Shown: positions 39,219 through 52,871 of the stretch, piece after piece
Numbering within the stretch: the first letter of the stretch is position 1
Layout of the letters: every line of letters begins with the position of its first letter
Assembly: GCA_035221665.1 (NCBI GenBank)
Contig: CM069145.1
Coordinates: 26,846,001-26,910,000, forward strand
From: Okamejei kenojei
Taxonomy: Eukaryota
Direction: 5' to 3'
DNA: 64,000 nt
The notes under the pieces: model-generated
Seen by the model: only the letters and a program-made list of their open reading frames with translations
Databases searched by the model: none
Told to the model about the DNA's origin: nothing
Program-made: the position numbers and the translations under genes

Positions 39219-41099
39219 TCCAGAGGTTGGGTGTCTATCACTGGAGGTTCACTTAAGTCTACAAAGTCCATAAGCTATCATCATGAAATGCAACTTTGAA
39301 TTCAGTTGAAATGAGATTTTCCTTGCAAGCAAATGTTAAAAAAATGACCTCTATAAAAACACAGAAACTTGTGTGGCCTAGAGAAGAGTCCTGATGTGGT
39401 CGATGTGATTGTGGCTGGCCCTGCGCTGTGTTCACTTTTTCCTGTCTAATCCTATACGGATGATGCATTTGTGTAATCATTGGGCTGGATGAGAGCACGG
39501 TATAACACCCACTGCTCAAGAGCAGAGTACCAATACTATAAGCACTGGAGGTTTGGGCAAAACCCCCAAGGGTAGAGAGAGAGAGAGAGAGGAAGGTGTC
39601 TGGGAAACATTATTCAAGCATGAATCATTAGCATTGTAGATAAGAAAGGAATTTTATTTAAAAGCACTCCAATTTGGTTGCTTGCTGTCAGCTGTGCTGC
39701 CTGAGAAATTCAAACTGTAACTGTAATGTATCTGTGCTGACTGAATCTTCTAATTCTTGCATGGGAAAAATCAGACTCTAAATTAGACAATTTTCTGCTA
39801 GTAAAAAACAGAACTGGCATTATACGGGCTAATTTTTTTTTGTGTGCAAAATTCAGGTTTTGCGATCTGTGTGCATTTTACAATCGAAGTATACAACTGA
39901 GTCTAGTCCTAATAAAATTATTCTTACATTTGAATGAAGAACTCCTGTGCCTGCTAGGCAATTTACATTAATTTAATGAATTGTTTGCTTACATTTTTCA
40001 TTGAGCCTAGTCCTAATTAAAGGTTCTTTTCAAAGCTTGAACTTTCATATACTTGTCATAATTCACCCGAGTAAAATGCTTAGTTTCTACACATTGTAAG
40101 CATCCTGTATGAACACACTAAAAAAGGATCATGGTTGGATATAAGTAACATCATAATTTCAATTAAAGTTTAGCTCTTTATTCACATGTTAAATTCAATT
40201 ACCAATTACAATACTATATCACCATCACAAAATATTTTGACCAAAATGTTCCTGGTGATTTTAATACAGTGAGAACTCAGTAGTGCAATTTATCTTCAAA
40301 AATATTCAATTCAGTACTTGTACTTACCTATTTAAAAATGCAAAGGATTCACCAGATTATTAGTATTTGTATGAACCTGTTAACATCACAAGTTAAATTT
40401 ATGAGCCTTGGTCAATATTGTGCACTGGAGTTCATTACTCTTCAGTTTTATAGCTCTAATTAATGGAACAAATATATTCTTACAATAACATGCTTTTTAA
40501 AAGAAATGCAGAGCAGGATTTTTAAATTCTCTCTTAGAATTATCTTCAATTACAATTTTTAAGAGCAGGATATCAGGAGGTAGTTAATCCCAACTCGTGG
40601 CTCAGACGAGAATATGGTGGTGTGATTGAAATGACTTGTGAGAGACCATTAAGAAAGGAGAAACAAATCAATTGCAATTATTTACAAGCTGTTGAGTTTC
40701 TTTGGTTGGAAGGTCAATGGATCTTCATAACTAGCACCTGGCTGGTTGAGGGCAATTTCCCATCTGGTTGACATCAATTGTAAATGAGTAAATATGAAGT
40801 ACATGTAAATCCTCTTGCAGGCTTTTTAGCTTGAAAGTTCAACGGATCCCATTTTTGCATAAAGCTGAAGAATCATTAGGATATTCATTTATTTCAGCTA
40901 CCCGCTTTAGGCAATCTTTTTCCTTTAGTTTGCACATTTTCCAAAACAGACATGGGGAACACCAAAATATTAACTACCTCTTGGGAATGTCTCTCAGAAA
41001 TTGCATTTCTGAATGATGTTCTGAAGGATTCCTTGCATAATAACAGCTTCATTTCGGGAGTGGAACATTTTATTACGAATATTCAAACATTTTTTAAAA

Positions 41100-41410
41100 T
41101 GTCTATTTTCACTCGTATCTTGGTACGAACTGCGGTCACTGTTTGTTAAGTAAATGGAGGAGCCATATTGCATGCAGTCAGATTTGCAAGCATCAATGAG
41201 ATGAATGGCCCAGCACAGTTTTTAAATGATGGTGAGAAATGTTGATCCATTGCACCAGATATACTACTGTTCAAACAGTACTGTGGAACCTTTAACATCC
41301 ACAAACTACATGAACAACCAAGTGGGTTTTCCTTTACTGCTTTATCTGACAAGTGGCAACACTAATGATTCCTTTAAGCATTGGAATTGAATGATGACCT
41401 AGATTTTCTT
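41100..41410 (-). mobile_element. Old Deu-domain SINE (SacSINE1-like) relic
   Basis: Resembles the reverse complement of the Deu core as I recall it (gcagcc..ttgc..catcaatgagatg..gtggaacctttaacatccac); heavily diverged. Confidence 0.45.
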
Positions 41411-42722
41411 CTTCTGGGTAGTCAAAGAAATGTCCATCTTCTGAAATGCCTGAAAGAAAATGTGACAACTGGCACATTCACACCCTCAGTATAGGCAGTC
41501 ATCAAAGCTTTCTGATTTTGAAAGCATCTGAATGTTCCTGGCACATAAAAACATTCAAAAACTATGAAAAATAACTTCTAACACTTATAAAAATGAAAAA
41601 TTTAAGCAAACAATTCATTGAATTAATGTAAATTGCCTAGCGGGCAAGGGAGTTCTTCATTCAAGTGAAAAAATCATGTTATTACAAAAGGCCTAATCTG
41701 GTGCTCTTTCACCAAGTAGGTTCCCCAAGCATAAGTACTGGTAGACTTGGCAGGTCTATGTTATCGAGCTGGACCCAAATGAAATTCACTCCCAGGGCAG
41801 CTGCAAATTTCATTAGTTTTATCTCACAAACTGGCTGAAATTACAACAAATTGTTTCTAAATTGAGTTGATTTTGAACCAAAAGGAGGTGTCGATTGCAC
41901 ATTTACCACACCACTTCACCAGGTTCACAAGTTCACCAACTACATTGACCCCTGATTAAGCAACTTCACAATTTTATATTTCTACCCCCAGCTTTCAAAT
42001 GCTTTATATGGACTTGCCCATCTCCAGCAAGTAATGACCTCCAACTCTGCCGCCACCCTTTTATCTGCATTACTCTCCATCATACCTCAATTAGCTGATC
42101 GGGTGAAGATTTCAAAATGTTAATGATATTTAAGCTATTAACCAGATCTGATGTGTATGATTCAATCTCTGCTTTGAATTTTGTTAAATGCTTAAAATAA
42201 ATTAAAAAAATTGTGGTACAATTTGGAAAATTGTTCAATACGGAAATAAATTGAGAGTAGACAAGTTTTTTTCCCCCACATAGAACCTCTACGATTGGAT
42301 GGATCATTACTCTTTTGCTCTGGTTGGATTGGAATCCAAGCCTCAATCTATTACAGATTCTGGCCAAGTCATTAAAGAAGCCAGTTACTTTACATGATGC
42401 GTAGTCAAGAATAATATTTGCTTCACACCATTGTCATGGCTGCATTGTCAATGCAGGCTAAATTTTTAAAGATTGAAAGGCCACTCCATTTTGTTTTGAA
42501 ATCTGATTAGTTCTGTGGTTTATATTTACAGAAATTTGAACAGAAACATTGCTGTGTAAATGCACCTCGTATTGCCATCTGAAATTGTGTGCCTATAAAG
42601 TAGGTGTTGTCATTTCAGTTCAAGTTGTATTTGGACCAATAACATTGGTGCTGGGGTGGGTAACAATAACATTTTTCTAAAAATGTTTTTTGGGGAACAT
42701 AAATGGACGCTGAGGTAACAGT

Positions 42723-43258
42723 AGGCGTTCTTTGGGCCCCATATCTGTGGAAGTATGTGCTGGCTTTGGAGAGGGTCCAGAGGAGGTTTACAAGAATGAT
42801 TCCAGGAATGAGTGGGTTAGCACATGATGAACATTTGACAGCACTGGGTCTCGACTTGCTGGAGTTTAGAAGTTTGAGGGCAGACCTCATTGAAACTTAC
42901 AGAATAATGAAAGGCATAGATAGAGTGGATGTGGGAAGGATGTTTCCACTGGTGGAAGAGTCTAGGACCGGAAGTCATAGCAGAAAAATAAAGGGTACTC
43001 TTTTAGAAAGGAGGTTAGGAGGAACTTCTTTAGTCAGAGGGTAGTTAATCTGTGGAACTCATTGCCACAGAGGTTTGTGGAGGCCAAGTCAGTGGATATT
43101 TTAAACTCGGAGATAGACAAATTCTTGATCAGTACGGGTGTCAAGGGTTGTGGGGAGAAGGCAGGAAAATGGGATTAGGAGGTAGGGATCAGCTGTGATT
43201 GAATGGCGCAGTAGACTCGATGGGCCAAATGGTCTAATTCTACCTATAACTTGTGAAC
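42723..43258 (+). mobile_element. CR1 LINE 3' fragment
   Basis: WAPYLWKYVLALERVQRRFTRMIPG...LRADLIETYRIMKG, then the 3' UTR. Confidence 0.9.
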
Positions 43259-43353
43259 GTATCCGCTAAGTGATTTATAACCTGCATCGATTTTCCTAGT
43301 TAATATGGTGTGGACTAGTGAATATGGTGTGGACTAGTCCACCTAATAGTGCA

Positions 43354-43686
43354 AGGCTTGGATAGAGTGGATGTGGAGAGGATGTTTCTACTAATGGGAG
43401 AGTAAGACGAGGGATCATAGCCTCAGACTTAAAGGAGGTTCCTTTAGGAAGGAGATGAGACGGAATTTCTTTGGTCAGAGGGAATTTTTTGCCACAGAAG
43501 GCTGTGGAGGCCAAGTCAATTGATATTTTTAAGGCAGAGATAGATAGCTTTGTGATTAGTATTGGGTGTTGGGAGTTATGGGGAGAAGGCAGGGGAATGG
43601 GGTTAGGAGGGAAAGTTAGCCATGATTGAATGGCAGAATAGACATGAGGGGCCGAATGGAATAATTCTTCTCCTCTCACTTATGAC
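43354..43686 (+). mobile_element. Second tandem CR1 3' fragment
   Basis: gatagagtggatgtggagaggatgtttc..gctgtggaggccaagtcaat..gggccgaatgg; paralogous to the preceding copy. Confidence 0.85.
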
Positions 43687-46600
43687 CAATTAAACAGTCT
43701 GTTATTTTCAGGTCTGAATCATCCTCTACAGATTTCATTTATCATTCATTTCAAACAGTCAATTGGATTTTAGAGATATTGGCTCATGGCCATAAGACCA
43801 CAGTTGCAAATATTGTTGCCACATCTTCAAAAGTGGTAGCAGATTTAGTGTGGAGCTTTCTGTTCAATATTGTGCTAGCTTTTCTCTAACTGCATTGCCC
43901 ACTTCTGCAGAGTAAAGCTGTAAAAACATTTAGTCTGCATCTTAATAAATTATGGGAGCACTAAATATGAGGATGGAATCCGATAAGGTGCTCTGATCCT
44001 TATTACTGTCTAAAACAAGATTATTCCACACTCTCCATAAACCTATGGGGGAAATACTAACTACAATGTTTTTAAAATATTAAAGACTTCTCGTAATTAA
44101 CCCTAATTTACATGGCCTGATTGACTTAAATTAGGAAACTTGTTAAATTACTTGCTTGCCGATAATTTGATGAAATCCTGCTACAGTTCTGTATACAATG
44201 GGGAATGGGGATCCTGCAGAATGACAAGGTTTTTTACTGAGCATAACATTGTAAGCAACTTACCCTGGAGTACCTACCTGTACTTGACTGGAGACAGTTG
44301 ATTGAGGAGAAGAATTGAAATACTGTCTGTGATGGATTTATAAAGAAAGCTTAGCCAGAATTTGGTATGGTCCTTCAGCTATAAATGTAATTACTCTGCT
44401 GTACTTAATTTACAGGTACAAATCCCAGCAGCATCCAAAAATATCCTTTTTTTTCCTCATGAGTTCAAGGAAGATTGATGAGCCTCAATTTTGTGCCATT
44501 TGTTCTGCACAGAACTTGGCATTTAGTTAGGTAACTTGGTATTCATCTGAATATAGTTTTGATCAACTTTCTCCAGACAGAATCTATTCCATGTGCTTTT
44601 GAGGTTGCTTTGCGTATGCTGACATTTTCGACTCAAATTGATAGACTGCTGCCTTAAAGTGAAAGTAATATATTTTGCTGTAAGCTAAGTGCTAGGTTAA
44701 ATCTAGAGGAGGATTAAATATTTAATATTTACAATTAAATATTTCCTACAATTATTATTAGTTTGGCGGCTTTGATTTAGAAATCTTGGCTCAATCCTAA
44801 TGGAATGCAAGCCAAAGAAAACCAGAGAGAACATTTAATACTGATGATGGTTTTCATATGACACTGTTTTTGCGCAGCTAATGTTTTCAACAGAAATTGT
44901 TTGATATTGTCATTGAGTTAAAGTGATTTACGTTGTTCAATGGAATATTTAGTAGATGCACAAAAGTTTTGTGTGAGTAAATAATTCAGGAGGTAAATAT
45001 CCACATCTAAGTGTGCAACAGGACCGACGTCCAAGTTTGAAATCTCCAAAATTAATACATGTTGCAGAAAGGACAACCCATATTGGCCATGGTAATATAC
45101 TATAGATACAGACATTCTGTGACTGTGAATGTGTTGGAAATTTATAATAATTTGAAGGAGGATGGATTTCACTTTGAATTGTGAGCCAACTGGAATCCGT
45201 AGCGATAATCACAAGATAATTAGATATATACTTGAAAGTATGAGATATTACAAGTCTAAAAGGAAAGGAAGGGAGTGGGATTAATCGGATAGCTCTACCA
45301 GGGCACCGTGTACCATGTAGCTGTCTCCAGTGCCAGATCAGCTCATGATACTATGTGGCATTTTATCACAGGATAGAGCGCTTTTATAAAATATTTATTC
45401 TTGGAAATATTTCATGCTTTCATTTCTCGTACCAAGAAATGTTGATTGCTGGTTGAAGGAGTTCATTGTATTGATCGGGCCGTAGAGTACAGGAGGAGGT
45501 CTTTGAGTTGGATTGAATGTGAAGCTCCAGGCTGGCTTTTCTTCATGTATGCACATCTGCCTTAGTGCTGATTCCCACTATGTAACAGTGTGGTCTGGAG
45601 CAGGAGGAGAGGTGCCAAAGTCTTGGGCCTCTTTGCTAGACGAGGCAGGAGGTGCAGGAGAAGGTATTTTGCTCTCTGTTCTTTAGCTCAAGCATTTTAT
45701 GTTGGGCTTTGGCCTTTAGATGCTTGTGGTGGGTATCTCATTTTCATTGAAGCAGTGTGATGCATTTAATCCTGGAATGCCTTGTGTTTGCCCTAGTTAG
45801 CTCATGGATATCCTGCTCATTCTAATCAAACCTTTCCTGGGCTTTTCTAATAGGGAAGTCAAGACTCCAGGTGCTGATTATGTGCAGGAAGGAATTGCAG
45901 ATGCTTATTTATTATGAAAATAGAAACAAAATGCTGGAGTAACTCAGCAGGTCAGGCAGCATATCTGGGGGAAAGGAATAGACCCACTGAGTTGCTCTAG
46001 CATTTTATGTCTATCTTCCGTTGCTGATTATGATGGGCTACCTGCTGTAGCAGAGATCCGGACAACTGCCAGACCACTGCCTGACTGTTTTAGGGACAGG
46101 AACAATCCATGGATCTCCACACCAGGGTTGGTTCTTTTAAGTTCTGGAGATGAGACATTGAATCATTGGCATTGGTCTTTAGAGAGTGATTTTGATGATT
46201 GGATGAGTCAGGTAAGCATCAGAGAGGTGCAGCATCCGAAATGTGGCTACTATTCAGGTACAATTCCACTTGTCCACTTCCTTGTTGCAGAGGGGAGGAG
46301 ACGACCAACATCCTCCCACACACTTGCAATCCTTTCCATACCACACCCCACCATCACAGTACCCCTTCTCGCACAATGATAATATCCAGAGATCCAAGCC
46401 ATGTTGATGGTCACATATAGCTGCCTAATTAGATCTGCAGCCTATAGCTAGTTTAGAACTCAGATATTCATCCCAGTATAGCTGGGCCTACATTTTACAA
46501 CAAATCAAACCTGGGCTCATTTACCATATAATTCAAAATTGTTTTCTCATCTACTTGTCTGTGAAAAGAGAAATTTAGTATTTAGGAAGTAAAGGTGATT

Positions 46601-49569
46601 TGAGAGCAGGCAGCTCTTTTCAAGACTTAAGGAGAGAAAGACTTGTGGCAGAGGCCCTCTGATTGTTTCATTACAGATACTATTTAAGAACCTGCTGTAG
46701 GAACGTATGTCCAGTATTACTGTGGTTTAATCAGACTCTTGATTTACATAGCTCAATAAAAGTCCCATATGTTTTCTGAGGTAACCTTCACTCTATCCAA
46801 AGGCTTTCATCAAATAACGTCTGCCAGAGACATGGTGGGAAGTAGGCAGTGGATTCTGTATTCTACTCCAAAAGCAGATCTACCTGCAAAATGTTGTAAG
46901 TGTTTTCTCTAAATAAAATACTTTGGATGTAGAATTTTTTGACGCAATAGGTTGCAGAGTTTTGCAAACCAATCTTCCTGCTCCTAACTTACTTAAATTT
47001 CCAGGAACAGTAATTTAAATTTGTTATTGCACGGTTAAAAACAAGGACCTCGGGAGCAGCCAAATGAAAGACGGCATAGAAAATTTACAACAGGCAGCAC
47101 AACGAGACGTGGAATAATAGTTTGTTGGAGAGAGATTATTTGATTATTCTGATTCCCAGTAAAATTTTCAAAAGGAAACAATGTTATATTGAATAATAGT
47201 TTTAGAAAGATGGTGTGTTTGATAATGCTGTTTCCTGGAACAATCTTCATTGAAGGCTCATTGAAAATGTAATCATAATTTGGTGCTAAATAAAAATGGT
47301 GCTGTTGTGTCATCCTTTCCTGTTGCCCCTGCAGTGTGCAGACCATGGGACAACTCAGGACCCAATCATTCACTGCTTCTGCATACAGCTTTGATTTGAG
47401 TTACAAAACTAAAATGCTTTGTAACTCTGAAAACCTCATCCTTCTTTCTCTATTCTTGGCTTTCCCAGCCTTGGTAAAGTGTTTGCACGCCATGTTCTGC
47501 CCCCAGGCTGCTTTTCCAGTGCTGGTCTTTTGTAGGTGTTGCCCTCGCTCAGCCAGTAGCAGGAGATGTCTTGGTCTCAGTTCACTGGAGAACTTCCCTC
47601 CACGTCACTACTTTTCATCTAACTTCTCAACCTAGCTTTTTAAGAGGAACATCAGTGCATTGGGAGATCGCTGGTCAGGCGCGGGCCCAAGGACCATGTT
47701 TCCGTGCTGTATCTTTATAAAGTCCATAGTGAAGTCAGTCAACCATCCTTGTGCTCTGCTGGAGGGTCTTTTAACGCGTGAAAGGTTAACTGTATCTAAA
47801 GAAGCTGCCTGACCTGCTGGGATTTTTTCCCCACTGTTTTTGTCTTGTCACTTTTTCCCCACTGTTTTTGTCACTTCCAATATTTGAAGTTTGTTCTGTT
47901 ATCTCATTTTTCTCCATCTGCTATCCCCAAACATGTTGTTTCTCTTGAAGCTTGTGCTGGTGCCTCACAAGTTTGCAGGTTCTCCTTGGTGGGAAAATTG
48001 ATTCCTGTAAATTTCCCCTCATATATTGATTGTAGTCAATTAGAGTTTGTCATATGCACAAGTGTGGTTAGGTACCATCAATGATACGTTAATCCATGGT
48101 ACTTTATTTATCATATGTACTGAAGTATGCTGAAATTCATCTTTGTATACAGTTCAGTAAATTATCACTAGACACAACACTTAGATACATATTAGATAAG
48201 CATCTCGGATACGGTACACGTGTAAAGTAATAGTACACTGTGTACAGAGTTTAAGTCCCAGTTTGTATATCAGGGTTCTTGACCTGGCTGTGAAGGACCG
48301 TTGTCTTGTCGGCCTGGCCAAGCGTAGCCACTGTAGGCCGGGTGCGGTCCATGCGCTTGTCCTCTTGCAGCGGCGCCCGCTCCAGCCGAGCCCCGGGCTG
48401 TTGCAGGGCCTCTAGCGGCCCACTCCACCGTTGAGGCCGTGCATTCCCTCCCACTGCTGGTCTGCTTACCAGCCCTCTGAGGGGTTGGTGGGCAAGTGAG
48501 AGGATGGATCACAGGATAACAATTGGTGAAATGGGCTTGCTGTTACACACGGCTGGCTATGTAAGGGTTGACTGGGCTTTTCCAGCTAAAATGGAGTTGT
48601 CTGCTAACCACCACATGCCAAACAAGCAGGTTCACTTAGAAAAAATAATTAAATACTTTGACTCATGAAGTGCGTCAAACAGTTTTAAAAACATAGTCAA
48701 CTGTTTGTAGATTAGGGTGGGAGAGTGGACGTATTGATTATATGTGTATTCTGTGAGCGAGCTCAGGGAAGAGATTTCACCTCTGACGGGGATATAGATG
48801 GTGCCAGGACCCTTGCATTCTCACAAGCAGTCCTCACAAGCAGGAGTCTCTGATAGGCAGAAGACTGCCAGGCTCATTGCTTCCAGCCACTGTTCATATC
48901 AGTGAAGTCTCGTATCAGCAGAACGATGTGAGAATTGTTGCTTTATTAATTATTTTCCTGTATTTTACTACAATAAAGATAATTGTTTGTAACCCTGAAA
49001 TGTTCTTTCTCCGTTCTTTGATTCAAATCCTTGAAACCTGTTCATATTTCACTTGAGTGGCATTGATTCAATGCACCATATTGTCTCCTATGTGGTAGGA
49101 AAATGTAGACAACAGTATGTGTACAATTGCTTGATTTCACTTTTGGTTAGTTATTCTTGAATCCAAGGAAATTTGGTGCAGATGATAGATTACTGCAGTA
49201 CATATGTGCCTACTCATGGTGAAAAGACAGGCAAAATGTCCATATAGTTGTGATCCTGATGCTACCAATACAGATCTACAATCTCCGGAATGGTCATAAT
49301 GCTCCTTCATCTACAGGGCAAGTTGCTTCCAAAGTTAACTAAACATCACATCACATAGAACTAGTGCGTAAGTTTCCCCAGTGTACCTCGATGAAGACCA
49401 AAGCACATTTAGACATATGTCTCTGTAGGATTGGTTTGGTGAGGGACTGCAAGCCAAATATGGATATGATTTCAAACAACTATGATTTTATTGATGATAA
49501 AACCTTTTAAGGTATGCCAGGGTAATGAATGGACTTTCCAGGTCCATTGACTAAATGTGCACTGATAGC

Positions 49570-49815
49570 TTAGTTTAGAGATACAGCATGGAACCTGCCC
49601 ACCAAATCCCTGTTGACCATCGTTCACCCATTCACACTATGCCACTCCTTACACACTGGGGGCAATTTACAGGGGTCAATTAACCTACAACCACGCATGT
49701 CTTTGGAATGTGGGAGGTAACCCGAGCACCCGGAGGGAACTCGTGCGGTCACGGGGAGAATGTGCAAACTCTACACAGACAACACCCGGGTCAGGATTGA
49801 ACCCGGATCTCTGGT
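49570..49815 (-). mobile_element. HE1-like V-SINE, 5'-truncated
   Basis: gtttagagatacagcatgg..ggaatgtgggagg..ggtcacggggagaatgtgcaaactc..gtcaggattgaacccgg. Confidence 0.8.
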
Positions 49816-50444
49816 TTAGTTGCAACAAGTGAAATGTACAATTTTTCAAACTGAGGAAGATGAGGCATGATAAATTAATGCATCGCAGGGTATTTGATTA
49901 TGTGCCACATAAGACCACCAGAAGTGAATCCAATAGTTATCAGTGTGCCAGAGTAAAATACTCTGCCAGATGAATCAAAGCCAGATTGTTTTTGCTTTGT
50001 GAACCTTAATTATAAACAGAATTGATGGCAGTATATTTGATACAAATGTGTTTCCCTTTATTGAAAACCACAGTTCAGAGTAATATAATGCCATAGCGTA
50101 TTTCCTAAAACAAAATATCTTGCTTTAATGAGCAAACTGGTGCCACTGTGGCAGTCTTTGTCTCACACCTCATTGGCTCTGGGTTCAAGTGTCACCAGAG
50201 GCCATCATCGTGTAAGTGACAGGCTGTGCCAATTCCAGAATGGAGTCACATAATAAATCCACACCGAGCTCCCATTCATCGGCAGCAAATTACTTGCCGT
50301 GGAAATTTCCAATTGTGTTTATAATTGTGCTGTATAAGTATTGTTGTTACATAGCATTAATTGCAACGAATTGGCATATTCTTCCAGAAAGATTTTCATT
50401 TATATTACTGTTGCAATCGCAGTCATTGAAGCACCATCTGAAAC

Positions 50445-50732
50445 TATAGACTTTAGAGCATCTGCGAGGCAACGGGCCTTTTGGCCCACTAAGACCGCAC
50501 CGACTAGCGGTCATCCTTGCACTAACGCTATCCTTCACACTAGGGACAATTTACAATTTTACCGACGCCAGTTAACTTACAAACCTGCACGTCTTTAAAG
50601 TGTGGGAGGAAACCCATACATGCACAGGGATAACCGTACACAAACTCTTTTCTGTCAGCACCCGTAGTCAGGATTGAACCTGGGTCTGGCGCTGCAAGGC
50701 GGCAGCTCAAACATTACACCACTGTACTGCCT
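50445..50732 (-). mobile_element. HE1-like V-SINE
   Basis: Same head, V-domain and tail blocks as the 12.7 and 56.6 kb copies. Confidence 0.8.
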
Positions 50733-51059
50733 TGAAAGGTAACATTATGGTAGGAAATAGCAGTTAAGAATATTTTACAAGGACATGCTTGTGGGTGTTT
50801 AGCCCCCGGCAGAGTGAATGAGTTCGGGCTGCATGGCCTCTCCAGAAGAGGCACAGGAAAGTCCACCAGGTTTTACAAGATGGTTTCGATGCGCTGCTAG
50901 GGGATATATTAAACTTCGTGGATTGTTTCTGGGCTATTCCCCAAGCTTAAGGTAAATGCAAGGGCGGGGGTAATTCATAAAGGGAGCAGATCCTGCATTG
51001 AGGTCCAAAATATGATGAGACTCACCTTGACTATACTTCACCCTGCCCAGTCACCATCA

Positions 51060-52660
51060 GTTCATCCATCTATGCTGCATCTCTCAAGATCAGGCATTCC
51101 ACTCCAGGGCATCTGAGGTCCTCTTTCGTCAGTAAATGTGATCTTCCCCTTTCCCAGAGTTGTGGATGGAGCCCTTGCCCATGTCTCCTCTGTTTCCTCC
51201 CCCTGACAGAGCAGATACTTTTCACACTTTTCACCCAGCCAGCCTCTCCATCCAAAGGACAAAGGACATTTATTGTCACATACACAAATTGGTGTAGTGA
51301 AATTTGTCTTGCCATGCAGCACATAGATAAAGATAAGACATAACATTAAAGAGTTTAACATAAAACATATAAAACATCCCCCCACAATGGTCCCCATTAT
51401 GAGGGAAGTCACAAAGTCCAGGCCCCATCCCCAGTTCACCCATAGTCGGGCCTATTGGGACCTCCACAGTCACGGCTATGGGGGCCGATGTTGCAGGCCC
51501 TCCTTCGCCGGGTGATGGTGCTCCGGCGACGGGAGAACCCTCCAGCCTCACATTCCCTGATATTTCTGCCAGCTTCAATGTGATCTCATCACCAATTGCA
51601 TCTTCCTGCCCCCACCCCTTTTTGTTTTTCATAGGAACCACTCTCCATGACACCTTGGTTCACTCTTCAACACACAACATGAAGGCACCTTCCCCTGCAA
51701 CTGTAGGAGATGCAACGTTGCCCCTACACCACCGCCCTCACCTTTATGCAGAGACCCCGACAGGGAACAAGATATGACAAGAGATTCACTTGCACCTTCT
51801 CCAATCTCATCGATTGCATTTGGTGTTCTCGATATGTGTGCCTCTACAACAGTGAACTGAAAGATAAACTTAGCAACCGCTTTGTTGAACACACGTCTAA
51901 GCACCAGGGCCAGTTGAAATTCCTGGCTGCTAGCCGTTTTAACTCCTCTTCTCAATCCCATACTAAACAGTCTGTCCTCTGCCTCCTCCATTGCTGCATG
52001 CAGACATTGTCTGCTGGGGTAACTTACAACCCAATGTTGAATTCTCCAATTTTGGGTAATCCCACTCCCTCTGGTTCTCACCCATCCAGCTACCCCCCCC
52101 ACGCAGCCTGCACACATCTTGCTTTCCACTCTCCCCACTTCTGAAACCCATTTCCTTTCCTCTTCCCCCCACCACCACCTCCCCCACCACCACCATTCCC
52201 TCCCTCCCCCCCCTCCCCCCCCTTCCTCTTCTTTCCCCCCCCCCCCCCCCCAACTACTTCCTATCCTGGGCTCCACATTTTTCATTCCCCATTCCCACCC
52301 CATTCCCTTCTACTGACATTCCCCCATCTTCCTTGCTTAACAGTTTCCACCATTAGCACCCTTTGGTCTTCTGCACCTCTAGCCTTAGTTACTATCTCCA
52401 CCCATCTCCTTCCCACCTAACTTATCTGTCATTTAATCCGTCCTTACGCTTGCCACCTTTTAACTTGCCAGCACTTGTCTCACCCCTTCCCCTCCTCTTT
52501 TTCTAGCAGCTTTCTCCTCTATGCTCCATCGGTCTGAAGAGGGGTCTAGACCTGAAACATCAGTCAGTCAGTCTACTTCTTTCCACAGTTGCTGCCTGAT
52601 CCGTTGAGTTCTCCAGCAGTTTGTTTTTTCCCCCTCAAGGTTGCAGCATCTATAGTGTCT
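51060..52660 (+). mobile_element. Degenerate Penelope-like retroelement (Neptune-type) 3' portion: linker, GIY-YIG endonuclease and terminal repeat
   Basis: Cys-rich linker GTFPCNCRRCN..CPYT, then FTCTFSNLIDCIWCSR..LYNSE..KLSNRFVEH (decayed GIY-YIG); pyrimidine-rich tail; CTGAAGA-stem-GAAAC motif at 52534-52561. Confidence 0.8.
51255..51541 (-). mobile_element. Short non-LTR/SINE-like insertion inside the Penelope-like element
   Basis: Minus-strand tail TGACAATAAA-TGTCCTTTGTCCTT; degenerate ~15-bp duplication ccagcctctccatcc / ccagcctcacattcc on the flanks. Confidence 0.55.
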
Positions 52661-52779
52661 CTATGATAGGACTCTGGTTTGGGTGAATATGAGAGGTTTC
52701 CATCTGACTTGGCTGGATGTGTGGTCCAGTAGTCACATCATAACAGTGGCCATATGCGAGAAAAGTGGGTAATTCTTAG

Positions 52780-52871
52780 AAGACACAAAATGCTGGAGTA
52801 ATTCAGTGGGACAGGCAACATCTCTGGAGAGAAGGAATGGGTGACTTTTCGGATCGAGACCCTTCTTCATC
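52780..52871 (-). mobile_element. Penelope-derived terminal-repeat fragment with hammerhead-like core
   Basis: Minus strand reads TGAAGA-AGGGTC-TC-GATCC-GAAAAGTC-ACCCATTCC... Confidence 0.6.

Noticed and set aside
43302-43338. 18-bp tandem duplication AATATGGTGTGGACTAGT (similar small duplication at ~47826-47875)
   Set aside because: Two-copy local slippage at repeat junctions; not a CRISPR-like or functional array
44990-45091. Short open frame between an AG and a GT
   Set aside because: No pyrimidine tract, no recognisable homology, and next to a decayed CR1 tail
51629-52316. 224-aa minus-strand ORF and poly-Pro/Gly ORFs
   Set aside because: Antisense of a decayed Penelope-like element and its C-rich tract
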